Virus record (IMG/VR): IMGVR_UViG_3300030419_004857
Span: 1 to 64,000 of that record
Length of the DNA: 64,000 nucleotides
From: a virus
Reading direction: 5' to 3' (one strand)
The first letter of the stretch is position 1, and the number at the start of each line of letters is the position of its first letter. A program made the position numbers and the translations under genes. Under the pieces are notes generated by a model. It was not told the DNA's origin, made no database searches, and saw nothing but the letters and a program-made list of their open reading frames with translations. Shown here one piece after another: positions 14,013-24,346 of the stretch.

Positions 14013-14926
14013 AAGACGTACAAATCTTAACTAACGACCAAGTTTTACAACTACTTTCAGTAGAAGAATGCATTCCTGTTATCGAGAATCTGTTTTGCTG
14101 CTTGGAAAATTGTCAGATGCCACCAAAAATGTATCTTGACATTCCTAATGGGGATTTTCGAGCAATGCCAGCTATAGTAAATAATACTGCTGGAATAAAA
14201 TGGTGTGGAGTTCATTTAGACGAAACAGGTTTAAAACGAAGATGTAATATTTTTGCTAAAGTCATTATTAACGATGTTAACACTGGGGAAATGTTACTAA
14301 TGATGGACGCGGAGAAATTAACCGCAATTAGAACCGCTGCGGTTACTGGCGTGGCAACAAAATGTATATCGAGACCAGACGCCTCCGTGGCGGCTTTTGT
14401 GGGATGTGGAAATCAAACGTTGTATCAGATACAGGCGGTTCTTGCCGTAAGAGATATTAAAGAGGTTAGATTGTTTGATCTTAGTGTTAATACTGCGGAA
14501 AAATTAATGCACAGTTTAGATGTTGACTGTCCTGTAAATATTTATGATTCGTTGGAATTGTGTTTGAAGGAGGCTGATATTGTAACTACATTAACTCCTT
14601 CTAGACACGGTTTTGTAGAATACGCCTCATTAAAGAACCCTGTGCATATTAATGCGGTTGGAGCAGATGCTGAAGGCAAAAGAGAGCTATGTCCATCGGT
14701 TTTGGAAAATGTAGACTTTGTTGTTTACGATGACTGGGAGCAATGTTCGCATTCAGGAGAGATTCAATATGTACCTATAGAGCAAAGAAAGCAGAGATGG
14801 TCGTCTTTAGGAGATGTTATGTCTGGCTTGGTTCATGTAGAAGGAGATCAGACTCTATTTGATGCTACTGGTTTAGCGATAGAGGATGTGGCTACAGCTA
14901 GATATCTTTATGAAAAGATTAAGTAA
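14009..14926 (+). CDS. Ornithine cyclodeaminase/mu-crystallin family (archaeal-type alanine dehydrogenase-like)
   Basis: PPKMYL...GDFRAMPA, LTAIRTAA, GCGNQ, HINAVGAD..GKREL, TLFDATGLAIEDVA. Confidence 0.9.
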   Translation: MKDVQILTNDQVLQLLSVEECIPVIENLFCCLENCQMPPKMYLDIPNGDFRAMPAIVNNTAGIKWCGVHLDETGLKRRCNIFAKVIINDVNTGEMLLMMDAEKLTAIRTAAVTGVATKCISRPDASVAAFVGCGNQTLYQIQAVLAVRDIKEVRLFDLSVNTAEKLMHSLDVDCPVNIYDSLELCLKEADIVTTLTPSRHGFVEYASLKNPVHINAVGADAEGKRELCPSVLENVDFVVYDDWEQCSHSGEIQYVPIEQRKQRWSSLGDVMSGLVHVEGDQTLFDATGLAIEDVATARYLYEKIK

Positions 14927-14946
14927 TACTGAAATTGGAGAGAACA

Positions 14947-15387
14947 ATGGGAAGCAGGAATGTAATTGTGTATTTTATTATGGGAGTCTTGGCTGTTGTA
15001 CTTGGATATGATATGTACTTACAGCGACAGACACAAATATTAACCTCTCAGTACTATAGGAATATTATAGAGCAGGAAGAAAAAGATAGACAATTTATTG
15101 TGGAACATGTGGAGGACATATATAAATTGTCCGCGTTGGATTCTATAAGAGGGTACGTAACCATGGACACATTAATTCGGGTGTTTCATTATGCAAAGCC
15201 TCACAAGTCTCCCGCATGGGCTTGCCCAGAGTGTGCAGACATAAGAAAGAAGGGTTTGCCTAATAAGCAACTACCGGGTAAAAGACCAAAGCTACCACCA
15301 CAAACAGGTCCAGCGAGAACTGCCAATGTTACAATACCTAGTGATCGTAGACATGACAAAAGCCTTAAAACAGTTGAAGGCGGCTAG
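14947..15387 (+). CDS. Hypothetical protein with N-terminal TM
   Basis: ORF track (14935 TTG); ATG at 14947 with GGAG RBS. Confidence 0.6.
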   Translation: MGSRNVIVYFIMGVLAVVLGYDMYLQRQTQILTSQYYRNIIEQEEKDRQFIVEHVEDIYKLSALDSIRGYVTMDTLIRVFHYAKPHKSPAWACPECADIRKKGLPNKQLPGKRPKLPPQTGPARTANVTIPSDRRHDKSLKTVEGG

Positions 15388-15586
15388 CATAAAAGTGCAT
15401 AATAGGTCAGAAGTTAAAATGCACGTCAAGGCTAAAGACCCTGACGATGCTTGCGCTGTTGCCATTGATAAGATCTATAAAGATATTTTAAAAACTAGAA
15501 ACTCGGCTCGTGTTAGAGACACGGCAGAAAAAGTAAAACATCTGATTTCTATAAAAAAGATCAGGAAGGCCAGTTCTAATAAATAG
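15326..15586 (+). CDS. Hypothetical protein (86 aa)
   Basis: ORF track. Confidence 0.55.
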   Translation: MLQYLVIVDMTKALKQLKAASIKVHNRSEVKMHVKAKDPDDACAVAIDKIYKDILKTRNSARVRDTAEKVKHLISIKKIRKASSNK

Positions 15587-15606
15587 GTCATACAGGACAT
15601 GTTTCA

Positions 15607-15891
15607 ATGACTAGAAGAAACTATGACGATCCTATATATACGGATTGGAGAAATAAGGTTTATGATAGAGACAATCACAGATGTCAGATGCCGGATTGCA
15701 CTAGTAGGAGATCTAAGGCTCGTCTAAATGCTCATCATATAAAAAAGTGGGCAGATTGCCACTGGTTAAGATACGAAGTAAGAAATGGAATAACTTTGTG
15801 CTGGACATGTCATAAGAGAGTGACAGGTTCAGAAGAGTTATACGAAGGTCTTTTTATGCATATAGTCAGCAATAATGAACAGTCCAAATAA
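15607..15891 (+). CDS. Small HNH endonuclease
   Basis: WR..V..RD...CQ..DC....LNAHHI........RY...NGITLC..CH. Confidence 0.88.
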   Translation: MTRRNYDDPIYTDWRNKVYDRDNHRCQMPDCTSRRSKARLNAHHIKKWADCHWLRYEVRNGITLCWTCHKRVTGSEELYEGLFMHIVSNNEQSK

Positions 15892-16366
15892 GTATACTAT
15901 CATTAAAGATACGAGAGAGAAGGACGGATGGAATTTTGAGCCATTCCAGAAGTGTGAAGCCGTAATAAACGAAGGTTTAAAAACGGGTGATTACACTCTG
16001 GAGGGGCTGGAGGAGATCTTATGCATAGAGAGAAAGGCGTCTGCTAAAGAGATAGCAATTAATCTGGGCAAAGATAGAAAGCGGTTTGAGGCAGAACTGG
16101 AGAGGATGAGGGGCTTCAGATGGGCTTACATAGTTTGCGAATTCTCTATCGCTAATTTAATGGAGTATCCTGCTGGATCAGGAATTCCCAAGAAGCAATG
16201 GAAGTTTATACGTATGAATGGAAAGTTTATGTTGCGACGACTTCGTGAAATCACAGAACAATACGAAGTACCTGTTTTGTTTTGTGACAGCAGAATAAGC
16301 GCTCAAGAAAAAGCCATGCAAATTTTTGACGAGGTAACGGAGACTTTGTTAAATGAAGAACATTGA
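15875..16366 (+). CDS. ERCC4/XPF-family nuclease domain protein
   Basis: DTRE...LKTGDY.....IERK signature. Confidence 0.85.
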   Translation: MNSPNKYTIIKDTREKDGWNFEPFQKCEAVINEGLKTGDYTLEGLEEILCIERKASAKEIAINLGKDRKRFEAELERMRGFRWAYIVCEFSIANLMEYPAGSGIPKKQWKFIRMNGKFMLRRLREITEQYEVPVLFCDSRISAQEKAMQIFDEVTETLLNEEH

Positions 16367-18320
16367 CTCTATAATCGACGATGCTTGGCTGAATCTTAAT
16401 ATAGATGAATCTTCTATCATCAATCCATTCAGCGTTCCCGTTGATCGAGACTTTCATGTCAAACTAACATGGCTCTTAACTCAGCCTGAATATTTTTCTT
16501 TTGTTTGTAAAGAAATATTCAATGTTGAAATTTTGCCCGTGCAAGGCTTGATGCTTCAAGAAATGTGGAATCGGAAATTTCCCATGCTTATTGCCTCTCG
16601 TGGATTTGGAAAGTCTTTTATCTTATCTCTATACTCTCTAATGCGCGCCCTTCTATTTCAAGGGCGAAAGATTATCATCGTCGGTGCGGCTTTCAGACAA
16701 TCTAAGGTTCTGTTTGAGTATATGGAATTCATTTGGCGAAACGCGCCTATCCTAAGAGATATTGTAGGAGCAAATGGAGGCCCACGTAAAGATGTAGACA
16801 TGTGCAGAATGACAATTGGGGACAGCACAATTACATGTCTACCCTTGGGTGATGGATCTAAGATCAGAGGCCAGCGAGCCAATGACATTATTGCAGATGA
16901 ATTTGCCTCAATCCCTAGAGAGATTTTCGAAAACGTCGTGGCGGGTTTTGCTGCGGTTTCTTCGTCGCCAATAGAAAACGTGAAGAGGCTAGCTGCAAAA
17001 AAGAAAGCAGAAGAGCTTGGTCATGAAATAGGTGTAGATTATGACGAAGACAGTAGTACAGGAAACCAAATCGTATTGTCTGGAACCGCTTTTTATGACT
17101 TTAATCATTTTGCTGAATATTGGAAAAAATGGAAGTCTATTATAAAGAGCAAGGGTGACCCCAAAAAGCTGCAATCAATTTTTGGAGACGAAGATATTCC
17201 CAGCGGTTTTGACTGGAAACAGTATAGTATTATCAGAATACCGTTTGAACTTTTGCCCACCGGCTTTATGGATGACGCACAGGTGGCTAGGTCTAGAGCC
17301 ACGGTCCATTCAGGTATTTATGAGATGGAATTTGGCGCGTGTTTCTCCACCGACAGTCATGGTTTCTTTAAGAGGAGCCTGCTTGAAAGCTGTGTGGCGT
17401 CACCTGAAAATTCTATTTCTTTACCCAGTGGAGATATTGATTTTCATGCCCAGATCAAGGGTGACCCCAATATACGATATGTCTATGGTATAGATCCAGC
17501 GTCCGAAGTAGACAATTTCAGTATCGTAATATTAGCTCTACATTCAGACCACACTAGAATTGTATACTCTTGGACGACCACTAGATCAGAGCATAAAGAA
17601 AAATTAAAGGCTGGCCTCATAAAAGAGACAGACTTTTATTCTTATTGCGCTAGAAAGATTAGAGATCTGATGAAGATTTTTCCATGTGAAGAAATTGCCA
17701 TGGATGCTCAAGGAGGTGGAATTGCAGTCATGGAAGCTCTTCATGACAAGGATAAAATGCAAGAAGGTGAAATTGCTTTGTGGCCAACAATTGATGATAA
17801 CAAGGAAAAAGATACAGATGGAAACCCCGGCCTTCATATATTAGAAATGATCCAGTTTGCTAAGTCTGATTGGGTCACGGAAGCCAACCATGGAATGAGA
17901 AAAGATTTCGAAGACAAGGTGCTTCTGTTTCCTTACTTTGATTCCGCTACCATAGGCTTGGCCATATCGGATGATAAAATTAAAGATAGAAAATACGATA
18001 CGCTAGAAGACTGCGTTATGGAAATTGAGGAATTAAAAAATGAACTATCTATGATTATCATGACCCAAACTCCGTCTGGAAGGGACAAATGGGACACGCC
18101 AGAAGTTAAACTTCCCGGCGGTAGAAAAGATAGACTGCGTAAGGATAGATATAGCGCTTTATTAATGGCGAATATGTCGGCTAGAACTAAGCAGAGAACG
18201 CCACCCACCCCCACTTACGATACTGTTGGGGGGTTCGCTGGAAGGGTCGGTAGAGAGGGTGGGCCAGATTTTAATGGTCCGTCGTGGTTTACAGAAGGAA
18301 TAAAAGGCGTATACGAGTAA
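16353..18320 (+). CDS. terL: Terminase large subunit
   Basis: Walker A ASRGFGKS, IRGQRA, Walker B IIADEF, LSGT, nuclease GIDPA..D, terminal KDRYSAL. Confidence 0.92.
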   Translation: MKNIDSIIDDAWLNLNIDESSIINPFSVPVDRDFHVKLTWLLTQPEYFSFVCKEIFNVEILPVQGLMLQEMWNRKFPMLIASRGFGKSFILSLYSLMRALLFQGRKIIIVGAAFRQSKVLFEYMEFIWRNAPILRDIVGANGGPRKDVDMCRMTIGDSTITCLPLGDGSKIRGQRANDIIADEFASIPREIFENVVAGFAAVSSSPIENVKRLAAKKKAEELGHEIGVDYDEDSSTGNQIVLSGTAFYDFNHFAEYWKKWKSIIKSKGDPKKLQSIFGDEDIPSGFDWKQYSIIRIPFELLPTGFMDDAQVARSRATVHSGIYEMEFGACFSTDSHGFFKRSLLESCVASPENSISLPSGDIDFHAQIKGDPNIRYVYGIDPASEVDNFSIVILALHSDHTRIVYSWTTTRSEHKEKLKAGLIKETDFYSYCARKIRDLMKIFPCEEIAMDAQGGGIAVMEALHDKDKMQEGEIALWPTIDDNKEKDTDGNPGLHILEMIQFAKSDWVTEANHGMRKDFEDKVLLFPYFDSATIGLAISDDKIKDRKYDTLEDCVMEIEELKNELSMIIMTQTPSGRDKWDTPEVKLPGGRKDRLRKDRYSALLMANMSARTKQRTPPTPTYDTVGGFAGRVGREGGPDFNGPSWFTEGIKGVYE

Positions 18321-18323
18321 TTT

Positions 18324-18333
18324 GGTGTATAAT
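18324..18333 (+). promoter_or_regulatory. Putative phage late promoter GGTGTATAAT
   Basis: Recurs in intergenic gaps before structural genes. Confidence 0.65.
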
Positions 18334-18383
18334 TGAATGGCATTGTTTTTCAATCAATACAAATACAATCAAATTAAGGTGAA

Positions 18384-20633
18384 ATGATGGACGACCCCAT
18401 TAAAGACATGCAGCACTCGCAGGCTCTGGTGACTTGGACAGATGACCAAACAAAAACTCAAGCACTAGAGACTCTTGCTGAAACTTTGGATCACTATGAT
18501 GGCGTGCAAAAATCAGTCGGGTATCGTCGATCTTTTTTAGATATAGAGCCAAATAGATCTGTTAGAACTTCTTATAGCAGAGAAGACTACAATAGGTTTC
18601 GTTCTGGAGAATCAGTTCCGGCTAAGCAGAAAGAGGCTATTGGTCTATGCATGTCTGCTTATGATAAAGTTGGTATAATCAGAAACGTTATTGATCTCAT
18701 GGGGGATTTTGGTAGTCAGGGCATTGGGCTTGTTCATCCTAACAAGAGGATAGAAAAATTCTACCGAAAATGGTTTAAAAAAATTCATGGAAAAGAAAGA
18801 TCAGAAAGGTTTCTTAACACTCTGTATAGATGTGGAAATGTTATTGTAAAAAGAAGAAATGCCAAAATTAACAAAAAGCTAGAAACAGAGCTTAGATCTT
18901 CTGGAGCAGACATTATACCAGAATCTGTACCCTTTGTGAAGAGAGAGGTTCCTTGGAAGTACGATTTTCTGAACCCCCTTTCTGTTGAAGTGGTTGGTCA
19001 AGAACTAGCGATGTTTGTAGGCAAGCCTCAGTACGCTTTAAAGATTTCCAACCTGATGAAGGGGTATCTATCTGGTGGCTTAACTGGTCAGTCAAGATAC
19101 AGAGGACTCGTTAACCAGCTACCATCCGACCTCTTAGAGGCTGTTAAAAACGGCCAGACAGTCATCCCCTTGGACCCAGATAAGATTTCTGTGTTTCACT
19201 ACAAAAAGGACGACTGGTTGGTTTGGGCTAGCCCTCTTATTTTTGCGATCCTTGATGATATAATCATGTTAGAGAAAATGAAGCTCGCAGATATCTCTGC
19301 GCTTGACGGGGCCATCTCTAATATACGCTTGTGGAGCATAGGTGATTTAGATAATAAAATTCTCCCCACTAAAGCTGCTATCAATAAGCTTAGAAATATC
19401 CTAGCCAGCAATGTGGGCGGGGGAACGATGGATCTGGTTTGGGGACCAGAACTTAAGTTTACTGAATCTAATAGTCAAGTATATAGATTTTTAGGTTCTG
19501 AAAAATACCAACCGGTTCTTACCAACATTTATGCCGGTCTGGGGATTCCTCCCACTCTCACAGGAATGGCCAACACTGGCGGGGGCTTTACAAATAATTT
19601 CATCTCTCTAAAGACTCTAGTCGAAAGACTTGAATACGGCAGAGAGGTCTTGGCTGATTTCTGGAATCAGGAGATTGAAATTGTTCAAAAGGCTATGGGC
19701 TTTAGATTTCCTGCTAAAGTTCATTTTGATCAGATGACCCTATCTGATGAAGCGTCAGAAAAGAACTTATTGATTCAATTGGCTGATAGAGATATTATCA
19801 GTTATGAGACTCTACAAGAAAGGTTTGGAGAAATTCCTGAAATCGAAAAGATCAGAATTAAGAGAGAGTCAAGGGAACGAAAATCCGAATCTATTCCTCA
19901 AAAGTCTGGACCTTATCACAACCCGCAACATCGCAACGATTTAGAAAAAATCGCTTTGCAAAAAGACATGATTGCTCCAGAAGATGTGGGACTTGTGCCT
20001 TGTGATGATACCGGAGATCATCCACTCACCAATCCTGACGATAGACGTAGTGATGAGCAGATTGAGGAAAAGAAAGACGAGCTTAAGGATAAGCAAGAAG
20101 ATAGAGATCAGAAAAAGTTTGATAGACAGCAGGAGAAGAAAGAAAAAGATCCGAATCTTCAACAGCAAGAACAATTCGAACCAAAAGGTCGGCCTGAAGA
20201 CGGTAGACCTAAGAATTCCAAAGACAAGCAAAAGCGCAAGCAAAAAACGGTAGAGCCTCGCGTTTCTGCTGACTCAGAGCGTATCAATCTTATGCTATGG
20301 GCCACTCAGGCTCAAAGCAAGATTGCAGAAATTGTTCATCCTCCACTTCTAGCTCACTACGGCAAGAAAAATCTGCGCGGGTTGACAAAAACACAAATGG
20401 AAGAATTAGAGTACGTTAAGCTAAGTCTTCTATGCAACATGCAACCCTATACAACCGTAGACGCCAATATTATAAATGATATTCTCAAACAAAATCTTGA
20501 GGCTGACGCTTCTGTATTAATGGCTCTCAAGCAGTTCAACAGTGATTTTGTTGCTACGAATGATAGATCTCCAACTATCGATGAGGTAAGATATATGCAT
20601 ATCTCAGCTTATGCTCTCTACTGCGAGGGCTAG
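18384..20633 (+). CDS. Portal protein
   Basis: Position between TerL and protease/capsid; size; helical architecture with a charged C-terminal tail. Confidence 0.8.
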   Translation: MMDDPIKDMQHSQALVTWTDDQTKTQALETLAETLDHYDGVQKSVGYRRSFLDIEPNRSVRTSYSREDYNRFRSGESVPAKQKEAIGLCMSAYDKVGIIRNVIDLMGDFGSQGIGLVHPNKRIEKFYRKWFKKIHGKERSERFLNTLYRCGNVIVKRRNAKINKKLETELRSSGADIIPESVPFVKREVPWKYDFLNPLSVEVVGQELAMFVGKPQYALKISNLMKGYLSGGLTGQSRYRGLVNQLPSDLLEAVKNGQTVIPLDPDKISVFHYKKDDWLVWASPLIFAILDDIIMLEKMKLADISALDGAISNIRLWSIGDLDNKILPTKAAINKLRNILASNVGGGTMDLVWGPELKFTESNSQVYRFLGSEKYQPVLTNIYAGLGIPPTLTGMANTGGGFTNNFISLKTLVERLEYGREVLADFWNQEIEIVQKAMGFRFPAKVHFDQMTLSDEASEKNLLIQLADRDIISYETLQERFGEIPEIEKIRIKRESRERKSESIPQKSGPYHNPQHRNDLEKIALQKDMIAPEDVGLVPCDDTGDHPLTNPDDRRSDEQIEEKKDELKDKQEDRDQKKFDRQQEKKEKDPNLQQQEQFEPKGRPEDGRPKNSKDKQKRKQKTVEPRVSADSERINLMLWATQAQSKIAEIVHPPLLAHYGKKNLRGLTKTQMEELEYVKLSLLCNMQPYTTVDANIINDILKQNLEADASVLMALKQFNSDFVATNDRSPTIDEVRYMHISAYALYCEG

Positions 20634-20656
20634 TTTTTGGATTTATTTAGATTTAT

Positions 20657-20666
20657 GGTGTATAGT
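20657..20666 (+). promoter_or_regulatory. Putative late promoter GGTGTATAGT
   Basis: One-mismatch copy of the motif. Confidence 0.55.
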
Positions 20667-20683
20667 TTACTGAGGTGAATTAT

Positions 20684-22219
20684 ATGAGCATACCTATTTA
20701 TAAATATGAACTCAGAGATGGTCTCGAAGAGGTTCTTCGGGCCACTTCTAGTATTGCGTATTCTTCCCCCTTGAGGAGTCATACTCCCAGCGAAGGTGAG
20801 GAAGAGAAGGCAAAATTGGTTGCGTTAAATTCTTTTGCGGAAAACAAAGAACAATTTGATCTGTATTATTTAACTTCCGTTCTTGTTTCTACGGGATGGA
20901 ATAAAAATGATGACATTTTCGATATTGAAGAAACATGGGCCGCTAGAAACACCCCAGAAGATAAACAGTTTAATTTCATGCACGATGAAACAGATATCAT
21001 CGGTCATATAACTGGAAATTTTGTTCTCGATTCTAATGGTCAGAAAGTCCACGAGATTGTTGGTACAAAAAATCTCCCAGAACAATTTGACATTATTACT
21101 AGTGCCGTTCTTTATAACAGTTGGTCGGACCCCAAGTTAAAGGAAAGAATGGCTAAGATTATTTCTGAAATTGAAGAAGACAAATGGTTTGTTAGCATGG
21201 AGTGTCTGTTTGCGGGATTTGATTACGGTGTAATTACTCCTGATGGACAACACAAAATCATAGCGAGAAGCGAAGAGTCTTCATTTTTAACAAAACATCT
21301 TAGATCATATGGAGGCACAGGAGAGTATGAGGGACATCAACTTGGGCGTTTATTGAGGAGTATATCATTTTCCGGTAAAGGATTGGTCAGCAACCCTGCG
21401 AATCCAAGAAGCGTCATTATTAATGACACAAGTTTGTTTAAGAAGAACAATGAGACATATTCGATAACTCAGTCAAATATTAGGGAGAACTTCAACATGG
21501 CTAATGAAGACATCCAGTTACTACAAAAACAGAACGACGAACTTAGAGCCGCTCTAAATCAAGCGAAGAGTGATGAAGAAGCTCTAAAGTCCGCAATCTC
21601 TGCGAAAAAGGACGAAGAGGTGCAAGCTAAGGTCGAAGCCTTTGAAGCATCTATTGTTGAAAAAGATGAAGCTATTGCTAAGTTACAAGAAGACGCAAAA
21701 GCTTTTGAAGACAAAGTTCAAGAAATTGAAGAGCTACTAGCTAAGAAGGATGAAGAGCTTACTGAAGCTAACTCAAAGATTGAAGCTCATGAAACTGCGA
21801 TCAAGCTTGAGGCTCGTAAGACAGCCCTAGTCGAAGCCGGTTTTGATGAAGCCGACATTGAGAAGGCTCTAGAGACATTCGCTGACGTTTCAGATGAAAT
21901 GTTTGATGAGATTGTCAATCTTACTGCTAAGAAAGGCAATCCCTTCGAGAAGAAGGATGACGAAGAAGAAGACGAAGAAGATGCCGGTTACATGAAGAAG
22001 AAGGCCGAGACCGAAACAGAAGCGTCTGATGAAACCGACGAGACCGTCGATGAAGCAGAAGCTGATGTAGACGTTGAAGCCCTTGACAATGCAGAAGAAG
22101 ATACTGACGCAGCGCTTGCTGACGCCGGTAACGACGAAATTGATACTGCGCGAACAAGTGCAAGCTCATGGCTTGAGAAGCATGTTCTTCATACAACAGC
22201 TAGTATCGACGAAGAGTAA
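20684..22219 (+). CDS. Prohead protease-scaffold fusion
   Basis: N-terminal domain with FMH..IIGH, VSMEC and FSGKGLV.NPANP; acidic coiled-coil C-half; GAGGTG RBS before ATG 20684. Confidence 0.75.
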   Translation: MSIPIYKYELRDGLEEVLRATSSIAYSSPLRSHTPSEGEEEKAKLVALNSFAENKEQFDLYYLTSVLVSTGWNKNDDIFDIEETWAARNTPEDKQFNFMHDETDIIGHITGNFVLDSNGQKVHEIVGTKNLPEQFDIITSAVLYNSWSDPKLKERMAKIISEIEEDKWFVSMECLFAGFDYGVITPDGQHKIIARSEESSFLTKHLRSYGGTGEYEGHQLGRLLRSISFSGKGLVSNPANPRSVIINDTSLFKKNNETYSITQSNIRENFNMANEDIQLLQKQNDELRAALNQAKSDEEALKSAISAKKDEEVQAKVEAFEASIVEKDEAIAKLQEDAKAFEDKVQEIEELLAKKDEELTEANSKIEAHETAIKLEARKTALVEAGFDEADIEKALETFADVSDEMFDEIVNLTAKKGNPFEKKDDEEEDEEDAGYMKKKAETETEASDETDETVDEAEADVDVEALDNAEEDTDAALADAGNDEIDTARTSASSWLEKHVLHTTASIDEE

Positions 22220-22262
22220 CCAATAGTAGAATCTTATTGTCCATAAAATAGGAGAAATAGAT

Positions 22263-22769
22263 ATGGCTTTAAAAGCTGACAGACATGAACTTGATGTAGA
22301 CATTTCGTTCTTTATGAACGAAACAGGCGAGAAGGGTCAGATCGTTGTGGCCAGTACCGGCGGTTCTGGTGCGGCGATGGACCAAGGTCAAGCGCTGGTA
22401 ACTATTGCCGCTGCTGACGCCACCAACATCCCCGTTGGCGTTCTGCTCAACGACGTGGTTGATCTTGACCTTACCCGTCAACACATCAACTTCCACAAAG
22501 ATGAAGTCCAGAAGGGTGGCAAAGTTAGCCTCCTTAAGAAGGGTTACATTGTAACTGATCAGATTGCAGGTACGCCCACTATTGGCGCTCTTGCGTTCCT
22601 TGACGACGCCGACACTGGCAAGTTTGCCACAGAAGACGAAGTCGCGGATACCAAGTACAGTCAGGTTGGCCGTTTTATGTCCATCAAGGACGAAGACGGT
22701 TACTGCAAGGTAGAAGTTAACCTGCCTTCACCGATGAATAAGGCTGGCGCCGCAGGCACTGATATTTAA
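22263..22769 (+). CDS. Capsid decoration/cement protein
   Basis: Small beta-rich protein immediately upstream of the MCP; strong AGGAG RBS. Confidence 0.6.
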   Translation: MALKADRHELDVDISFFMNETGEKGQIVVASTGGSGAAMDQGQALVTIAAADATNIPVGVLLNDVVDLDLTRQHINFHKDEVQKGGKVSLLKKGYIVTDQIAGTPTIGALAFLDDADTGKFATEDEVADTKYSQVGRFMSIKDEDGYCKVEVNLPSPMNKAGAAGTDI

Positions 22770-22798
22770 AATTAACCTTTTCAAAAGGAGACGATAGC

Positions 22799-23806
22799 AT
22801 GAGTAGAATGACAAGACCTGATGGTCCTTTTATCGAACTTATCAAGCGCTCAGGCAGTGCTGATAAGACTGAAGCGCTCAACGCGCAGCATGAGTTAGCG
22901 CTTGCTCTAGAATTACCTCTTCGCAAAGGCGTTTTGGTTGGTGATATTCTAGACAACATTTTCCAAAGACTACCGATGGAGCCGGGTGTCAGCGTGGAAT
23001 TTCCACTAGACCTACTCTCTCCGGGTACGGAAAATGATCACGTTGCTTACACGAACCCCGGCCATGGCCGCATTCCAGAACGCGCTGTGGAAGGCGACTA
23101 TGTCATGGTTCCCACGTACACGGTTGCAAGTTCAATCGATTATCTCTTGCGTTATGCAAGAGAAGCACGTTGGGATGTAGTGGGTCGTGCCATGCAGGTT
23201 CTCGAAGCTGGATTCGTTAAGAAGATTAACGATGACGGCTGGCATACCCTGCTTGCTGCTGGCGTAGACCGCAACATTTTGGTTTACGACGCTGACGCCT
23301 CCGCTGGGCAGTTTACCAAGCGCCTTGTATCTCTTCTAAAGAGTGTAATGCGCCGTAACGCTGGCGGAAACGGTGGTTCCCTTAATCGCGGAAGACTAAC
23401 AGACCTATGGCTCAGCCCTGAAGCTCTTGAAGATATCAGGAACTGGGGTCTTGATCAGGTTGATGAAGTTACTCGCCGCGAGATTTATATGGCCGGTGAC
23501 GATAGCGCCTCTCTGACTCGCGTGTTTGGTGTAAACCTTCACGACATCGACGAGCTTGGCGAAGGTCAAGAGTATCAGACCTTCTTCGTCAATCAGCTTT
23601 CCGGTACGCTTCAGACGGATGATAAAGAGCTAGTTGTTGGTCTTGATCTTTCAGCCAACGACAGCTTTATCATGCCCGTGAAGCAAGAAGTTCAGATCTT
23701 TGAAGACGAAGCACTACATCGTCATCAGAGAGCGGGCTTCTACGGTTGGGCTGAACTGGGATTTGCTGTGCTGGACAACAGGAGAATTCTCCTCGGCTCC
23801 TTCTAA
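22799..23806 (+). CDS. Major capsid protein (HK97-fold)
   Basis: Synteny, 335 aa, AAGGAG RBS, C-terminal GFYGWAELGFAVLD, followed by a terminator. Confidence 0.85.
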   Translation: MSRMTRPDGPFIELIKRSGSADKTEALNAQHELALALELPLRKGVLVGDILDNIFQRLPMEPGVSVEFPLDLLSPGTENDHVAYTNPGHGRIPERAVEGDYVMVPTYTVASSIDYLLRYAREARWDVVGRAMQVLEAGFVKKINDDGWHTLLAAGVDRNILVYDADASAGQFTKRLVSLLKSVMRRNAGGNGGSLNRGRLTDLWLSPEALEDIRNWGLDQVDEVTRREIYMAGDDSASLTRVFGVNLHDIDELGEGQEYQTFFVNQLSGTLQTDDKELVVGLDLSANDSFIMPVKQEVQIFEDEALHRHQRAGFYGWAELGFAVLDNRRILLGSF

Positions 23807-23832
23807 TCCCAAGCCAATTGGCTACACAAAAG

Positions 23833-23865
23833 ACCGTCCTCATGAAAAGTGGGGGCGGTTTTTTT
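23833..23865 (+). terminator. Rho-independent terminator after MCP
   Basis: ACCGTCCTCAT-GAAAA-GTGGGGGCGGT followed by a T-run. Confidence 0.85.
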
Positions 23866-23871
23866 GTATTT

Positions 23872-23881
23872 GGTGTATAAT
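23872..23881 (+). promoter_or_regulatory. Putative late promoter GGTGTATAAT
   Basis: Directly after the terminator, restarting transcription. Confidence 0.7.
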
Positions 23882-23920
23882 AGAGTGTGCAGTCCCATTA
23901 TAATCTGATTGATATTAAAG

Positions 23921-24322
23921 ATGACTAAAAAAAGCAAAAGTGATTTAACATCGCAGGCTAACAGCCTATTACCAGATAATATCACGGGGGCGATATCTCC
24001 GTCAGATGTACGTACAAATTTTACAGATGGAATTGATTCCTTTGCTGCTATTGACCCCAGTGTCACCCCCGCAGACGGCGGGGTTGCTTTTTGGACCAGT
24101 TCTGATGTGGTCAGTTACGATGCGGATATAAAATGGGATTCTTCCGATAATGAGCTAACTTTAAATGGCCAACTTATAATGCAGAATGACAATGCTCCAG
24201 CCTCCTCTAGCGCAACGTGCAGCCAAGGTGAAATTAGATGGGGAAGTTCTGGCGGCAACCACTATCTGTATATTTGTGTTAGTAGCAACACATGGAAAAG
24301 ATCAGAGTTAGCCTCTTTTTAA
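23921..24322 (+). CDS. Virion-associated protein sharing its N-terminal module with 34168..36450
   Basis: L.DN..G.IS..DVR.N....DS motif. Confidence 0.65.
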   Translation: MTKKSKSDLTSQANSLLPDNITGAISPSDVRTNFTDGIDSFAAIDPSVTPADGGVAFWTSSDVVSYDADIKWDSSDNELTLNGQLIMQNDNAPASSSATCSQGEIRWGSSGGNHYLYICVSSNTWKRSELASF

Positions 24323-24346
24323 GATAAGATACAATAGGAGATAAAA

